This document shows positions 30,125 through 38,793 of a DNA stretch of 64,000 bases, one piece after another. Position 1 is the first letter of the stretch, and each line of letters opens with the position of its first letter. The position numbers were made by a program, and so were the translations under genes. A model generated the notes under the pieces. That model was not told where the DNA came from. It saw only the letters and a program-made list of their open reading frames with translations, and ran no database searches. The DNA is from an uncultured candidate division Zixibacteria bacterium (lineage in GTDB: Bacteria > Zixibacteria > MSB-5A5 > GN15 > FEB-12). The stretch lies in the NCBI GenBank assembly GCA_963664195.1, contig OY760907.1:928001-992000 (forward strand), written 5' to 3'.

Positions 30125-30316
30125 TGATCGTCAATATACTTGTCTTCGGCCAACCAGTCAAGGCTCAACATACCTCAATGGCACGCATGGGGTTCCGGTA
30201 GTGCTGCCATTCTCAAATGATAATTTCGTTCGTCTCCGCCTGAGAACCGTCTATATTGTCGAATAATCCAACTGGCTGTCAGTATGTTGAGGTAAATAGC
30301 AGGAGATAAACCGCCG

Positions 30317-31105
30317 ATGATCCAGATTTCCAACCTATGCCGTTCCTTTGACTCGCTCAAGGCTGTCGATGACCTCTCGTTCGAGGTTCGCGCCGGAGAG
30401 ATTTTCGCGTTGCTCGGTCCCAACGGTGCCGGCAAAACAACCACGATCAAGATGATTCTCGGTATGCTCAGGCCCGATAGCGGCTACGTGAAGTTTCAGG
30501 GTGCCGAAATCTCAATCGAGGATTGCAGTCACAAGTCGCGGATCGGTTACGTTCCGGAAAGCTGTGCTCTCTACGAAAACCTGACCGGTATGGAGTATCT
30601 AAGATTCGTCGGTCATCTGCACCATCTGCCGGAAGAGGAGACGCATCAGAAAGCCGAGCAGATGCTGGAAGCTCTCGGTCTCACGGATTCCGCCGGTAAA
30701 CTGATCCGCGAGTACTCAAAAGGAATGAAACAGAAAATCCTGATCGCATCGGCGCTTATGCATGATCCCGATCTTATCATACTCGATGAGCCGTTCTCCG
30801 GTCTCGATGCAAACGCCGTGTCCGTTTTCAAGGAGCTGTTCAAGGAACAGGCACGCCAGGGCAAAGCGTTGATCTTTTGCTCACACGTACTTGAAGTCGT
30901 CGAGCGGCTGGTGAGCCGGATTCTTATCGTCAAAAACGGCAAGGCTCTCGCAGCTGGTACGCCCGAAGAAATCCTTCTGCAGACCGGACACAAAAGCCTT
31001 GATCGCGCCTTCAACGATTTGACCGGGGCGGGCGATATAGATCTTCGTGCGAAAGACATCGCGGGGATCATCGGCAACGGCTTGAAGAGGTCATCGAATG
31101 AATAG
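30317..31105 (+). CDS. ABC exporter ATP-binding protein
   Basis: GPNGAGKTT, YSKGMKQK, ILDEP and CSH. Confidence 0.95.
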   Translation: MIQISNLCRSFDSLKAVDDLSFEVRAGEIFALLGPNGAGKTTTIKMILGMLRPDSGYVKFQGAEISIEDCSHKSRIGYVPESCALYENLTGMEYLRFVGHLHHLPEEETHQKAEQMLEALGLTDSAGKLIREYSKGMKQKILIASALMHDPDLIILDEPFSGLDANAVSVFKELFKEQARQGKALIFCSHVLEVVERLVSRILIVKNGKALAAGTPEEILLQTGHKSLDRAFNDLTGAGDIDLRAKDIAGIIGNGLKRSSNE

Positions 31106-32759
31106 TCAGGCACAGAAACTCGACTGGCATCAGTTCAAGACTTTGCTTCGTTTCTCGCTCAAGATGGATTGGCGGGGTGCGTCCAATCCGTTCACCGGCT
31201 ACATGATCGAGAAAAAGAGCAAAGTCCCCGGTATGGTGGTTGTGCTCGGAATTAACTTCTCTGCCTCCGTCATTATGGTAATGATGCTGGTAGAGATAGG
31301 CGATCCGTTCATTGGGATTGTGTTCGCCGCAACGCTGGCGATGGCCATCATCTCGCTGCAGGTTCTGCTTGAGTTCGGCAATCTCATTATGACTCCGGAT
31401 GATTACGACATCATCTCGCCGCATCCGGTGAACTCAAAGACGTTCTATATCTCCAAGTTGGGGCACCTTCTCTCGTACGTCACATTGCTGTCGCTGACGG
31501 CATCCCTGCTACCTTGCATAGCGGGAGGAGTGATCTACGAGTCGATACTCATTCCGATCGAAGTGGTCCTGGTTTTCTGGCTGTGCAGCGTGTTCGCCTG
31601 CGTGGCCATGATGAACCTGTACACACTGGTGTTGAAAATGATCGACCGACGTCGTTTGGAACAGCTGCTCGGCTACACACACATGGTACTGCTGTTCGGG
31701 CTGATGCTCTGCTTCAACTACATTCCGCGACTGGTCAGGAGCCTGGGAGCAGATTTCGATTACGCCGGGCTGTGGTGGCTCAAGGCCCTTCCGGCCAACT
31801 GGATCGCCGCCCCCGTGAAACTACTGAGCGACGGTTGGAACAACGAGTTGGTCTGGTGGAGCGTCCTGGGGTTTGGTCTGATGCTGGGGTTGGGGCGATT
31901 TGCCGTGTCATACCTGTCGCTGTCGTATGCCGAGTCGTTGAACCGAACCTCCTGGACAACCGAAGATTCGTCTGCGGCCAACCAACCCGGCATTATAAGC
32001 CGACTGCTCTTCAAAGGCAGCAGCCCGGAGGACCGCGCGCTCATGATGCTCGTACGGGCCAATTTCAAACATGACACTCGGTTCCGAATGGGCGTACTCG
32101 CGTTCCTGCCGCTGTTGGTTTTTTACCTCGTGTACGGTCTAGCTATTTCTGAAGGTGCCGCAATCACCGACCCGCTGGCCCCCATGCTGGCGACGGGAGG
32201 CGACCGGGTTCACGGCGGTATGACCAACTTCCTGTTTGGCATTGTGGCACTGGGTTCACCCGCATGGGTAATCGTTGCGATGCAGATGTCGAAAGAATGG
32301 CGGGCGGCCTGGGTCTTTTTTGCTGCGCCGATTGACCGCGTCCGCATGGTCAACTCGATGAGCCGTTTGACCTATCGCATTCTTCTCCTGCCGCTGGGCG
32401 TGGTGCTTTGTGCGATCCTCACCTATCTCTACGGCAATGTCCTCCATGCGATCATGCACTCCGCCGCTATGGTGGCAGTGGCAATGGCCGGCACGGCGTT
32501 AATCACGACGGTCAGTATTCGGATGCCATTTGCGCTGGAGTACACCTCGGGCAACAGTACTTCCTCGACCTTGAAACCGATGATGCTGTCGATGGTGTCG
32601 TTCGGGATTCCGATAGGCATAGTCAGCTTTGCCGGATATTTCGGCTATCTTGGCTGGGTGATTTTTGTCACGGCGGCACTGGTGGCGTGGTATCTACTCA
32701 CTCGCGGACGCGACGCCCGAATCGAAAAAGAGGCGAAAACCTGGCAGTTCACGGGCTAG
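31098..32759 (+). CDS. ABC exporter permease (multi-TM)
   Basis: Overlaps the ATPase stop; about 12 hydrophobic segments in two similar halves. Confidence 0.75.
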   Translation: MNSQAQKLDWHQFKTLLRFSLKMDWRGASNPFTGYMIEKKSKVPGMVVVLGINFSASVIMVMMLVEIGDPFIGIVFAATLAMAIISLQVLLEFGNLIMTPDDYDIISPHPVNSKTFYISKLGHLLSYVTLLSLTASLLPCIAGGVIYESILIPIEVVLVFWLCSVFACVAMMNLYTLVLKMIDRRRLEQLLGYTHMVLLFGLMLCFNYIPRLVRSLGADFDYAGLWWLKALPANWIAAPVKLLSDGWNNELVWWSVLGFGLMLGLGRFAVSYLSLSYAESLNRTSWTTEDSSAANQPGIISRLLFKGSSPEDRALMMLVRANFKHDTRFRMGVLAFLPLLVFYLVYGLAISEGAAITDPLAPMLATGGDRVHGGMTNFLFGIVALGSPAWVIVAMQMSKEWRAAWVFFAAPIDRVRMVNSMSRLTYRILLLPLGVVLCAILTYLYGNVLHAIMHSAAMVAVAMAGTALITTVSIRMPFALEYTSGNSTSSTLKPMMLSMVSFGIPIGIVSFAGYFGYLGWVIFVTAALVAWYLLTRGRDARIEKEAKTWQFTG

Positions 32760-33127
32760 AAGTGGTGTTCACCGATACAAGATGCGCAGAACACACGAAG
32801 ACTCACGGGACCACACAACACGTTGTCGCCCAGCATCTTACGGCACGCTCAGGGTCTGGCGGTTCAGGCCAGTTGGAAAAATACTGAAAATAAACTCCAT
32901 TTTGCCAGAATAATGGTAGGTTTTTGAGAAACAGCAGAGTAACTTATTCGCCACAGATTCATTTTGAGTTCAGTCTTTGTCGCAGTATTGTCTTAATCTA
33001 CAACCTTGCATAAAGCTTAATCTCGAATTGATCGCGCAATCACGCGCAAGACATCATTTGTCTTGGAGTATACCGGAGCCTGCTGGAATCGGAATTCACT
33101 TCGGGATAAGCAACTAAGGAGTGTAGA

Positions 33128-33424
33128 ATGAATATCTACATCGGAAACTTGTCGTTTAAGTCGACAGAAGATCAGTTACGCCAGGCCTTCGAGGGTTATG
33201 GTGAAGTTACGTCCGTCAGCATCATTACTGATAAGTATACGGGTGACCCGAGAGGTTTCGCGTTTATCGAAATGCCGGCCAAGGACGAGGCTATTGCTGC
33301 CATCGCCGGCCTGAACGGTCAGGACCTCGATGGTCGCGCATTGAACGTCAACGAAGCCAAGCCGCGCACCGGTGGCAGCGGCGGCGGTGGTAACCGTGGC
33401 GGCGGCGGACGCGGTCGTTACTAG
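33128..33424 (+). CDS. RRM RNA-binding protein with Gly-rich tail
   Basis: RNP2 IYIGNL, RNP1 RGFAFIEM; SD TAAGGAG. Confidence 0.95.
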   Translation: MNIYIGNLSFKSTEDQLRQAFEGYGEVTSVSIITDKYTGDPRGFAFIEMPAKDEAIAAIAGLNGQDLDGRALNVNEAKPRTGGSGGGGNRGGGGRGRY

Positions 33425-33468
33425 ACTGTCCTCTGCTGCATCAAGATAACTGATCTTGATACAAGTGC

Positions 33469-33501
33469 AAAGCGACCGGCGAAATGCCGGCCGCTTTTTT
33501 T
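33469..33501 (+). terminator. Intrinsic terminator
   Basis: AAAGCGACCGGC-GAAAT-GCCGGCCGC-TTTTTTT. Confidence 0.75.
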
Positions 33502-33535
33502 GTGTCTGGAGCAAGTTTGCCTCAGTGCCGCAGAC

Positions 33536-33572
33536 TCAAACACCCCTCCAAGCAAGCTTGAAGGGTCCGCCC
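33536..33572 (+). repeat. Half copy of the 68-bp double-hairpin repeat
   Basis: TCAAACACCCCTCCAAGCAAGCTTGAAGGGTCCGCCC aligns to 44888-44924. Confidence 0.6.
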
Positions 33573-33786
33573 GGATTCTGTAGCCGAAAATCAGTCTCCA
33601 TCCAACGGGTGCCACCCTCAAGCGATTCGACGAGTCCACAGCCAAAGATTATGATCGGAGCTTGAGGGTGTTGACACGTACAGCACAACTACTTCTTCGG
33701 TGATCTCTTCTTGTCGTTGAACTCGGGAAGACCCCCGAATTCTGTCGCAAAACGAGCGCCCTCACGAATCAATTGGTCAACGCTTT

Positions 33787-34156
33787 CCCAAGGAACTGTA
33801 TGTCCCATCATCGCGATGTTATCCGTCGGCGTTGCCCGAGATGACCTATCCCGATGATATGCACCTGCGTTGGGTTAAACACCAGGGGGACATCAAGTGG
33901 AAACAGCGCCATGTCTATCTCTCGGCCACGCTGGCCGGCCAACTCGTGGGGCTTCGTCAGATTGACGAGGATCTCTGGGACATCTACTTCGGACCCATCC
34001 GACTGGCCCAACTCGACACCGTCAAGAAAAGACTGATTCACCTACCGAAAACGAAGAAACGCAAAAGCAGGCATTCGACAGGAAAAGAGCATTGATAACC
34101 AAAAAAGTGTTACCTATGTGCCTGGATTAATCTGTAACCTATGTCCGGATCAGACA
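33787..34156 (+). mobile_element. IS481-family-like remnant: transposase C-terminus plus right end
   Basis: PKELYVPSSRCYP..LPEMTYP...RWVKHQGDIKWKQRHVYLS..LAGQLVGL...WDIYFGPIRLA. The end has tandem TGTTACCTATGT/TGTAACCTATGT boxes and terminates in ACA. Confidence 0.7.
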
Positions 34157-34158
34157 GT

Positions 34159-34302
34159 AGCCCGGTAGCCCATCCGTCCTCGGGTGGGTTCCAGATGTAT
34201 GCGCCAAGGCTCCACCCACGTGATTAGAATATACAAAGAGACCTACAATCCCACAACAAAAAAGCCCCCGCGCTTGCGGGGACTTTCATATTATGGCGGG
34301 GT
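34159..34302. repeat. 144-bp direct repeat, copy 1 (tRNA-Asp 3' tip, terminator and downstream DNA)
   Basis: Identical by eye to 35267-35410 (offset 1108). Confidence 0.9.
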
Positions 34303-34567
34303 GGACCTCACTCTCCCCAAACTTTTGTGGAATTCGAATTTCTGGTGAAATTCAGCTATTCAATGGCATGTGAAAGTCGTTGGAAAGTAATAAAGTACAA
34401 AAAGCGGCCGAATAGAATTGATATAGATTATTAAGCCAATAGACTGCTGCAATCGCTGCGATCCGGGCAGTTATTGCAGTGCAAGTATAATTAGCAACTG
34501 TTATGGCTGCCCCAGTAATCATCTGAATTCGTAATATGCAATCACTGATAATTGCACAACCATGTGT

Positions 34568-35200
34568 TCAAGTATCCGTCTCCGCCGACCCCGGTTCATT
34601 TGTGAATGTAAGGAGGTTGCGAAGGGGGGGGCCATTAGGTAGCTTGGCATCGATGCTAGCACCTGCTTTGATAAGGTATTGCGCGCAATCCAGATGTTCA
34701 TTTAAGATCGCATAGCCAAGCGCTGTCACTCCGCTTGCACTGGTGTCTTCAAGGGAGACTTTATAGCCCAGAGTCAGCTCTTTGATGGCAGCCAGGTCGC
34801 CAGAGTAAGCGGCAAGATGTAGGGCACCAACACCCTGCTTGTTCTGGATGCTGGTGTCCGCCTTCTTTAACAAAAGGAGAAAAAAGGTCTTATGGCGGGC
34901 TTCTTCGGGCGCCTCACCACAAAGGAATGTGCCCTCGAGCGGAGTATCCTTGGCGCGCACAAGGCAATGAAGAGGAGTATCACCATTATGGTCCTGTGCG
35001 TTCACGTCGGCATCATAGAGAACTAATAGTTCGGCCATTTTATGCTGCCATCCGGACACTGCTGCATGTAGCATGGTGGAACCGCTCGCGTCTGCATACG
35101 ACACCGGCCCACCGGCTCGCAAGAAAGCAACCACGAAGTTCATATCGCCTGCAAAGGCAGAGATTTGCGGCTTGCTTCCTACAGAATCATGTTCGGGCAT
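34568..35200 (-). CDS. Ankyrin repeat protein
   Basis: GSTMLHAAV, DVNAQDHNGDTPLH, GVGALHLAA and GVTALGYAI. Confidence 0.85.
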   Translation of the reverse strand: MPEHDSVGSKPQISAFAGDMNFVVAFLRAGGPVSYADASGSTMLHAAVSGWQHKMAELLVLYDADVNAQDHNGDTPLHCLVRAKDTPLEGTFLCGEAPEEARHKTFFLLLLKKADTSIQNKQGVGALHLAAYSGDLAAIKELTLGYKVSLEDTSASGVTALGYAILNEHLDCAQYLIKAGASIDAKLPNGPPLRNLLTFTNEPGSAETDT

Positions 35201-35266
35201 TTATTCTCCAACCTTGAAGCTTCTCAGGTCTTCTTCCGCACTATGCAACAGCGCTTGGATTTCCCC

Positions 35267-35410
35267 AGCCCGGTAGCCCATCCGTCCTCGGGTGGGTTCC
35301 AGATGTATGCGCCAAGGCTCCACCCACGTGATTAGAATATACAAAGAGACCTACAATCCCACAACAAAAAAGCCCCCGCGCTTGCGGGGACTTTCATATT
35401 ATGGCGGGGT
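35267..35410. repeat. 144-bp direct repeat, copy 2
   Basis: Identical to 34159-34302; overlaps the last 9 nt of tRNA-Asp. Confidence 0.9.
35366..35394 (-). terminator. Intrinsic terminator of the tRNA operon
   Basis: Reverse strand reads AAAGTCCCCGC-AAGC-GCGGGGGC-TTTTTT. Confidence 0.75.
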
Positions 35411-35478
35411 TGACGAGACTCGAACTCGCGGCCTCCTGCGTGACAGGCAGGCGTTCTAACCAACTGAACTACAACCCC
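35402..35478 (-). tRNA. tRNA-Asp(GTC), CCA encoded
   Basis: GGGGTTGTAGTTCAGTTGGTTAGAACGCCTGCCT-GTC-ACGCAGGAGGCCGCGAGTTCGAGTCTCGTCAACCCCGCCA folds as a cloverleaf. Confidence 0.97.
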
Positions 35479-35562
35479 GATACTTTTCGTATCTATCGTC
35501 CAATCAACTCCAATCTTGAAGCCGATCAGGTATGTCGTCGCGCCACGAGGGGCCCAAACAAA

Positions 35563-35636
35563 TGGGCGATACTGGATTCGAACCAGTGACCCCCTGCGTG
35601 TAAGGCAGGTGCTCTAACCAGCTGAGCTAACCGCCC
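35563..35636 (-). tRNA. tRNA-Val(TAC), CCA not encoded
   Basis: GGGCGGTTAGCTCAGCTGGTTAGAGCACCTGCCT-TAC-ACGCAGGGGGTCACTGGTTCGAATCCAGTATCGCCCA. Confidence 0.97.
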
Positions 35637-35848
35637 TCTATGTCAATCATCCGCCAACCAACCTCAAAGCCATTCTGGTCAATGACCGTGCCTCCGTCAG
35701 CGGGCAACCAATATACACAAGATTTGCAAATACGCAAGAGAATTACAGCCCGAAAAAAGCCCATTCTACAACCGTATGTACATAAAAGGCCGCCAGGCGA
35801 CCCTCACCTCAGCTCTCTCCAGACCACGACAGATACAGCCGAAGCCGT

Positions 35849-36133
35849 CTACCGCTCCGCTACCTGGCCGCCGTCAGACTCGGCGACTTCTCTGTCGTCG
35901 GGTCTCCCCTTGGCCATAATCGCAAACGGTATCAGTGCATAACCGATCACCAGAACAATCGGCGCCACCTTAAGCGTCACGCTGTTGTTGGGATCGTCGC
36001 CGTAGCCCAGACAGATATATCCGATTACCAGAACCACCATCGACACGGCAAAGAGAATATAGTTCTTCTTGCCGAACGGCCAAATGATGGTCTTCGATCC
36101 GGACTCTTCCGCTTTTTTCTTCTTAATTGCCAT
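35849..36133 (-). CDS. DUF3098-like small membrane protein
   Basis: PFGKKNYIL...VIGYI.L...LKVAPIVLVIGY..IPFAI pattern. Confidence 0.7.
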   Translation of the reverse strand: MAIKKKKAEESGSKTIIWPFGKKNYILFAVSMVVLVIGYICLGYGDDPNNSVTLKVAPIVLVIGYALIPFAIMAKGRPDDREVAESDGGQVAER

Positions 36134-36170
36134 ATACTTACCGCCTAAAATAGCGACCAACGCCCTGCTG

Positions 36171-37439
36171 TCAAGGTTCTATATCGATCACCGTCAGTTT
36201 TCCTTCGTCCGGAGCTTTATACCAAACGGAGAGCCCGACCGCCCAGACAAACATCAACACCTGTCTCGCCTCCTCGTCAGCAAAGGTCGCCTCGGTCGCC
36301 GATGACGCTAAGAACACGACTGAGCCAAGCAGCGAGGCCGCCAGCAGCCTCCTTGCGCGAGTGTCTGGCCCGGCCCGCCTGTAACCAATCCACAGGTACA
36401 GAAGAACACACCCCCACATACCTGCAAACAGAACACCGCCCGGAATACCGGCGATGGCCGTGACGTTCAATAAGTCGTTGTGTGCGTGTGCATACCAGCG
36501 GTTCGAGCCCACCGACTCCATCACGCGATCTCGATAATTCTCAAAAAAGCTACCCGCCCCTACGCCGGTCACAGGATGGTCCTCGATAATATCAAGCGTG
36601 GTGCGCCAGATGAAACGACGCCCACCCGGCCACTCTTTGGTCATGTGCTTGTCCAGATTCTCTCCGAAACGACCGCTAATACCCTGGATGGAGTACATCA
36701 ATCCGACTACACCGAGCAGCAACGCCAAACCAACCGGGAGATACTTTCTCCGAATGAAAAACAGCAGCAAAACCAGCCCTACCAACAGCGCCAGCAAAGG
36801 GCCACGACTGTTACTCATCACGGTAGACATCACGGCGGCCACACCACCGAAGGTAACCAGTCCTCTTGAGAACCCGGTCAGATCACACTTGCCGGCAAAC
36901 CGGTAGCCCAGAAGAAACAGCGCCGCCATTGCCGAGTAATTGCCAAAAGTCAGCGGATGCGAGAAATTCCCACTGATACGAACCGAAGTGTCCGCAGTTA
37001 CCTGAAGCCCCTCCTCCCAATGAATTCCAAGCTTACCCCACAACCCCCAGGCACCGTACAACATGACAAGGATCACGCCGAGAGACAGCAGCGCCACGAA
37101 CCGATCAAGATTCTTCCCCCGCGGCATCCAATAGATAGCCAGGGGGACAAGAACAAAAAGCCATTCTTCCCTGATGTTGTTTAGTGATTCGAGAGGCGTA
37201 CCGTTAACCAGGGCCGCAAAGACCATCCAACTCACGTACGCCCCCACTGCAATGTAGAACCATTTCAGCGGGCGAACAAACGGACGGTACTTCTCGCGAA
37301 TGGCAATGATGATGAACAAAACCACCGAGACTTCGACCGCGAATTGCGAAAGGGCAATGGAGAACGTCGATGCAAACGCGAACAGCAAAAGGAACCAGAA
37401 GAGCACCCGGGAGAGTTTACCAGTTGTCGTGTCGCTCAT
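36171..37439 (-). CDS. O-antigen ligase (WaaL/Wzy_C) family protein
   Basis: Multi-TM; SNSRG, RRFIW, HPVTGVGAG and HAHND. Confidence 0.85.
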   Translation of the reverse strand: MSDTTTGKLSRVLFWFLLLFAFASTFSIALSQFAVEVSVVLFIIIAIREKYRPFVRPLKWFYIAVGAYVSWMVFAALVNGTPLESLNNIREEWLFVLVPLAIYWMPRGKNLDRFVALLSLGVILVMLYGAWGLWGKLGIHWEEGLQVTADTSVRISGNFSHPLTFGNYSAMAALFLLGYRFAGKCDLTGFSRGLVTFGGVAAVMSTVMSNSRGPLLALLVGLVLLLFFIRRKYLPVGLALLLGVVGLMYSIQGISGRFGENLDKHMTKEWPGGRRFIWRTTLDIIEDHPVTGVGAGSFFENYRDRVMESVGSNRWYAHAHNDLLNVTAIAGIPGGVLFAGMWGCVLLYLWIGYRRAGPDTRARRLLAASLLGSVVFLASSATEATFADEEARQVLMFVWAVGLSVWYKAPDEGKLTVIDIEP

Positions 37440-38026
37440 GCGAAGAGATCTCTCTCCACCAGTTCAACCAGTGTGTGCACGAGGAACAGATGCTCTTCCT
37501 GGATACGTTGCGTCGAGGAATCAGGAATGACCAGAGGCCGATCTACCATACTGACCAGTTTGCCGCCATTACCGCCGAGCAGAGCGGCAGTTAACACGGT
37601 CTTCTGGTGCGCCGTCGTAACCGCACGGACCAGATTCTCCGAGTTGCCGGAAGTCGACATCACCAACAGCATGTCACCCTTGTTGCCGAGCGCTTCTACC
37701 TGTCGGGCAAATATGTTGTCATATCCGTAGTCATTTGCACAGGCCGTAATGACCGAGGTATCGGCAGTCAGAGAAATCGCGGGAAGTGCCTGACGGTTCC
37801 TGGCCGAGGTCAACCGCACCACCATCTCCGCAGCGAAATGACACGACATAGAGGCCGACCCGCCGTTGCCGGCAATCAACAGTTTCCCCCCCGCCCCTAA
37901 CACACCGGAGATGACCGCAGCCATTTCGATTACGCGCGCCCCCAACTCTTCAACTACCGTGCGACGCAGCAAACTTGAATGCTCGGCGTGCTTTCTCAAT
38001 TCCAGAAGGACTTCCTGCTCACTCAT
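37436..38026 (-). CDS. gmhA: Phosphoheptose isomerase
   Basis: GNGGSA, ANDYGYDNIFARQVEALG, STSGNS and RIQEEH. Confidence 0.92.
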   Translation of the reverse strand: MSEQEVLLELRKHAEHSSLLRRTVVEELGARVIEMAAVISGVLGAGGKLLIAGNGGSASMSCHFAAEMVVRLTSARNRQALPAISLTADTSVITACANDYGYDNIFARQVEALGNKGDMLLVMSTSGNSENLVRAVTTAHQKTVLTAALLGGNGGKLVSMVDRPLVIPDSSTQRIQEEHLFLVHTLVELVERDLFA

Positions 38027-38793
38027 ACTCTAACAGCTCTCCGGGGATGTGAGGCAGCAGTCAACTCTCTCAAACGAGTCAGGGAGCAATCACGCTCCAA
38101 CCTGGTGCCCATGATTATAAACGACGCTCCCGCCCCGACTCTGGACGCACAGTCTTCCGGCGTATGCAACCCGCCTCCGACCATCAGGGGAATGTCTACT
38201 ATAGAAGAGACGGCCTCTACCATCTCCACCGGCACCGCCTTCTCCGCACCGGACCCGGCTTCGAGATAGGCCAGCTTCATACCCATATATTGCGCCGCAA
38301 GCGCGTGGGCACAGGCGATATCCGGTTTGTTGCGTGGTATCGGCAGCGATGCAGAAATAAACTGCACCGAAGTCAGCGGACCGGACTCAATCAACATGTA
38401 TCCCGTGGGGATGGCCTCAAGTCCGGCGGCCTTGATAAACGGTGCCCCCTTCACCTGCTCGTCAATCAGGTACTGCGGATTGCGACCGGAGATCAGCGAC
38501 GTGAACAAAATCGCATCGGCAGACGATGTTATCTGCGTGTACGATCCGGGGAATATCACGACAGGCAACGGCGTCACACTCTTGATCTCTTCGACCGCGG
38601 CTGAGAAATTGCCTGCCATCATAAACGATGTTCCAACCAGGATAGCATCAACACCCGAATCTGCCGCTGCAGACGCAAGGGTCAGATAATCTCTCGGCTC
38701 CGATCGATCAGGATCAATCAGAAGTAGAAACCCGCCGCCGCGCTCTTCCCGAGCTCTCAGCAAAGCCTGATAGACGTGGTCCATTTTGCTCAC
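38023..38793 (-). CDS. Geranylgeranylglyceryl/heptaprenylglyceryl phosphate synthase (group II GGGPS-like)
   Basis: LLIDPD, ADAILFTSLISGRNPQYLI, IPTGYMLI, YLEAGSGA and VGGG. Confidence 0.9.
   Translation of the reverse strand: MSKMDHVYQALLRAREERGGGFLLLIDPDRSEPRDYLTLASAAADSGVDAILVGTSFMMAGNFSAAVEEIKSVTPLPVVIFPGSYTQITSSADAILFTSLISGRNPQYLIDEQVKGAPFIKAAGLEAIPTGYMLIESGPLTSVQFISASLPIPRNKPDIACAHALAAQYMGMKLAYLEAGSGAEKAVPVEMVEAVSSIVDIPLMVGGGLHTPEDCASRVGAGASFIIMGTRLERDCSLTRLRELTAASHPRRAVRV

Noticed and set aside
34108..34145. Short tandem repeats as a possible CRISPR array
   Set aside because: Only two 12-nt units with a short spacer, matching an IS end. No CRISPR array or cas gene is seen in the window.
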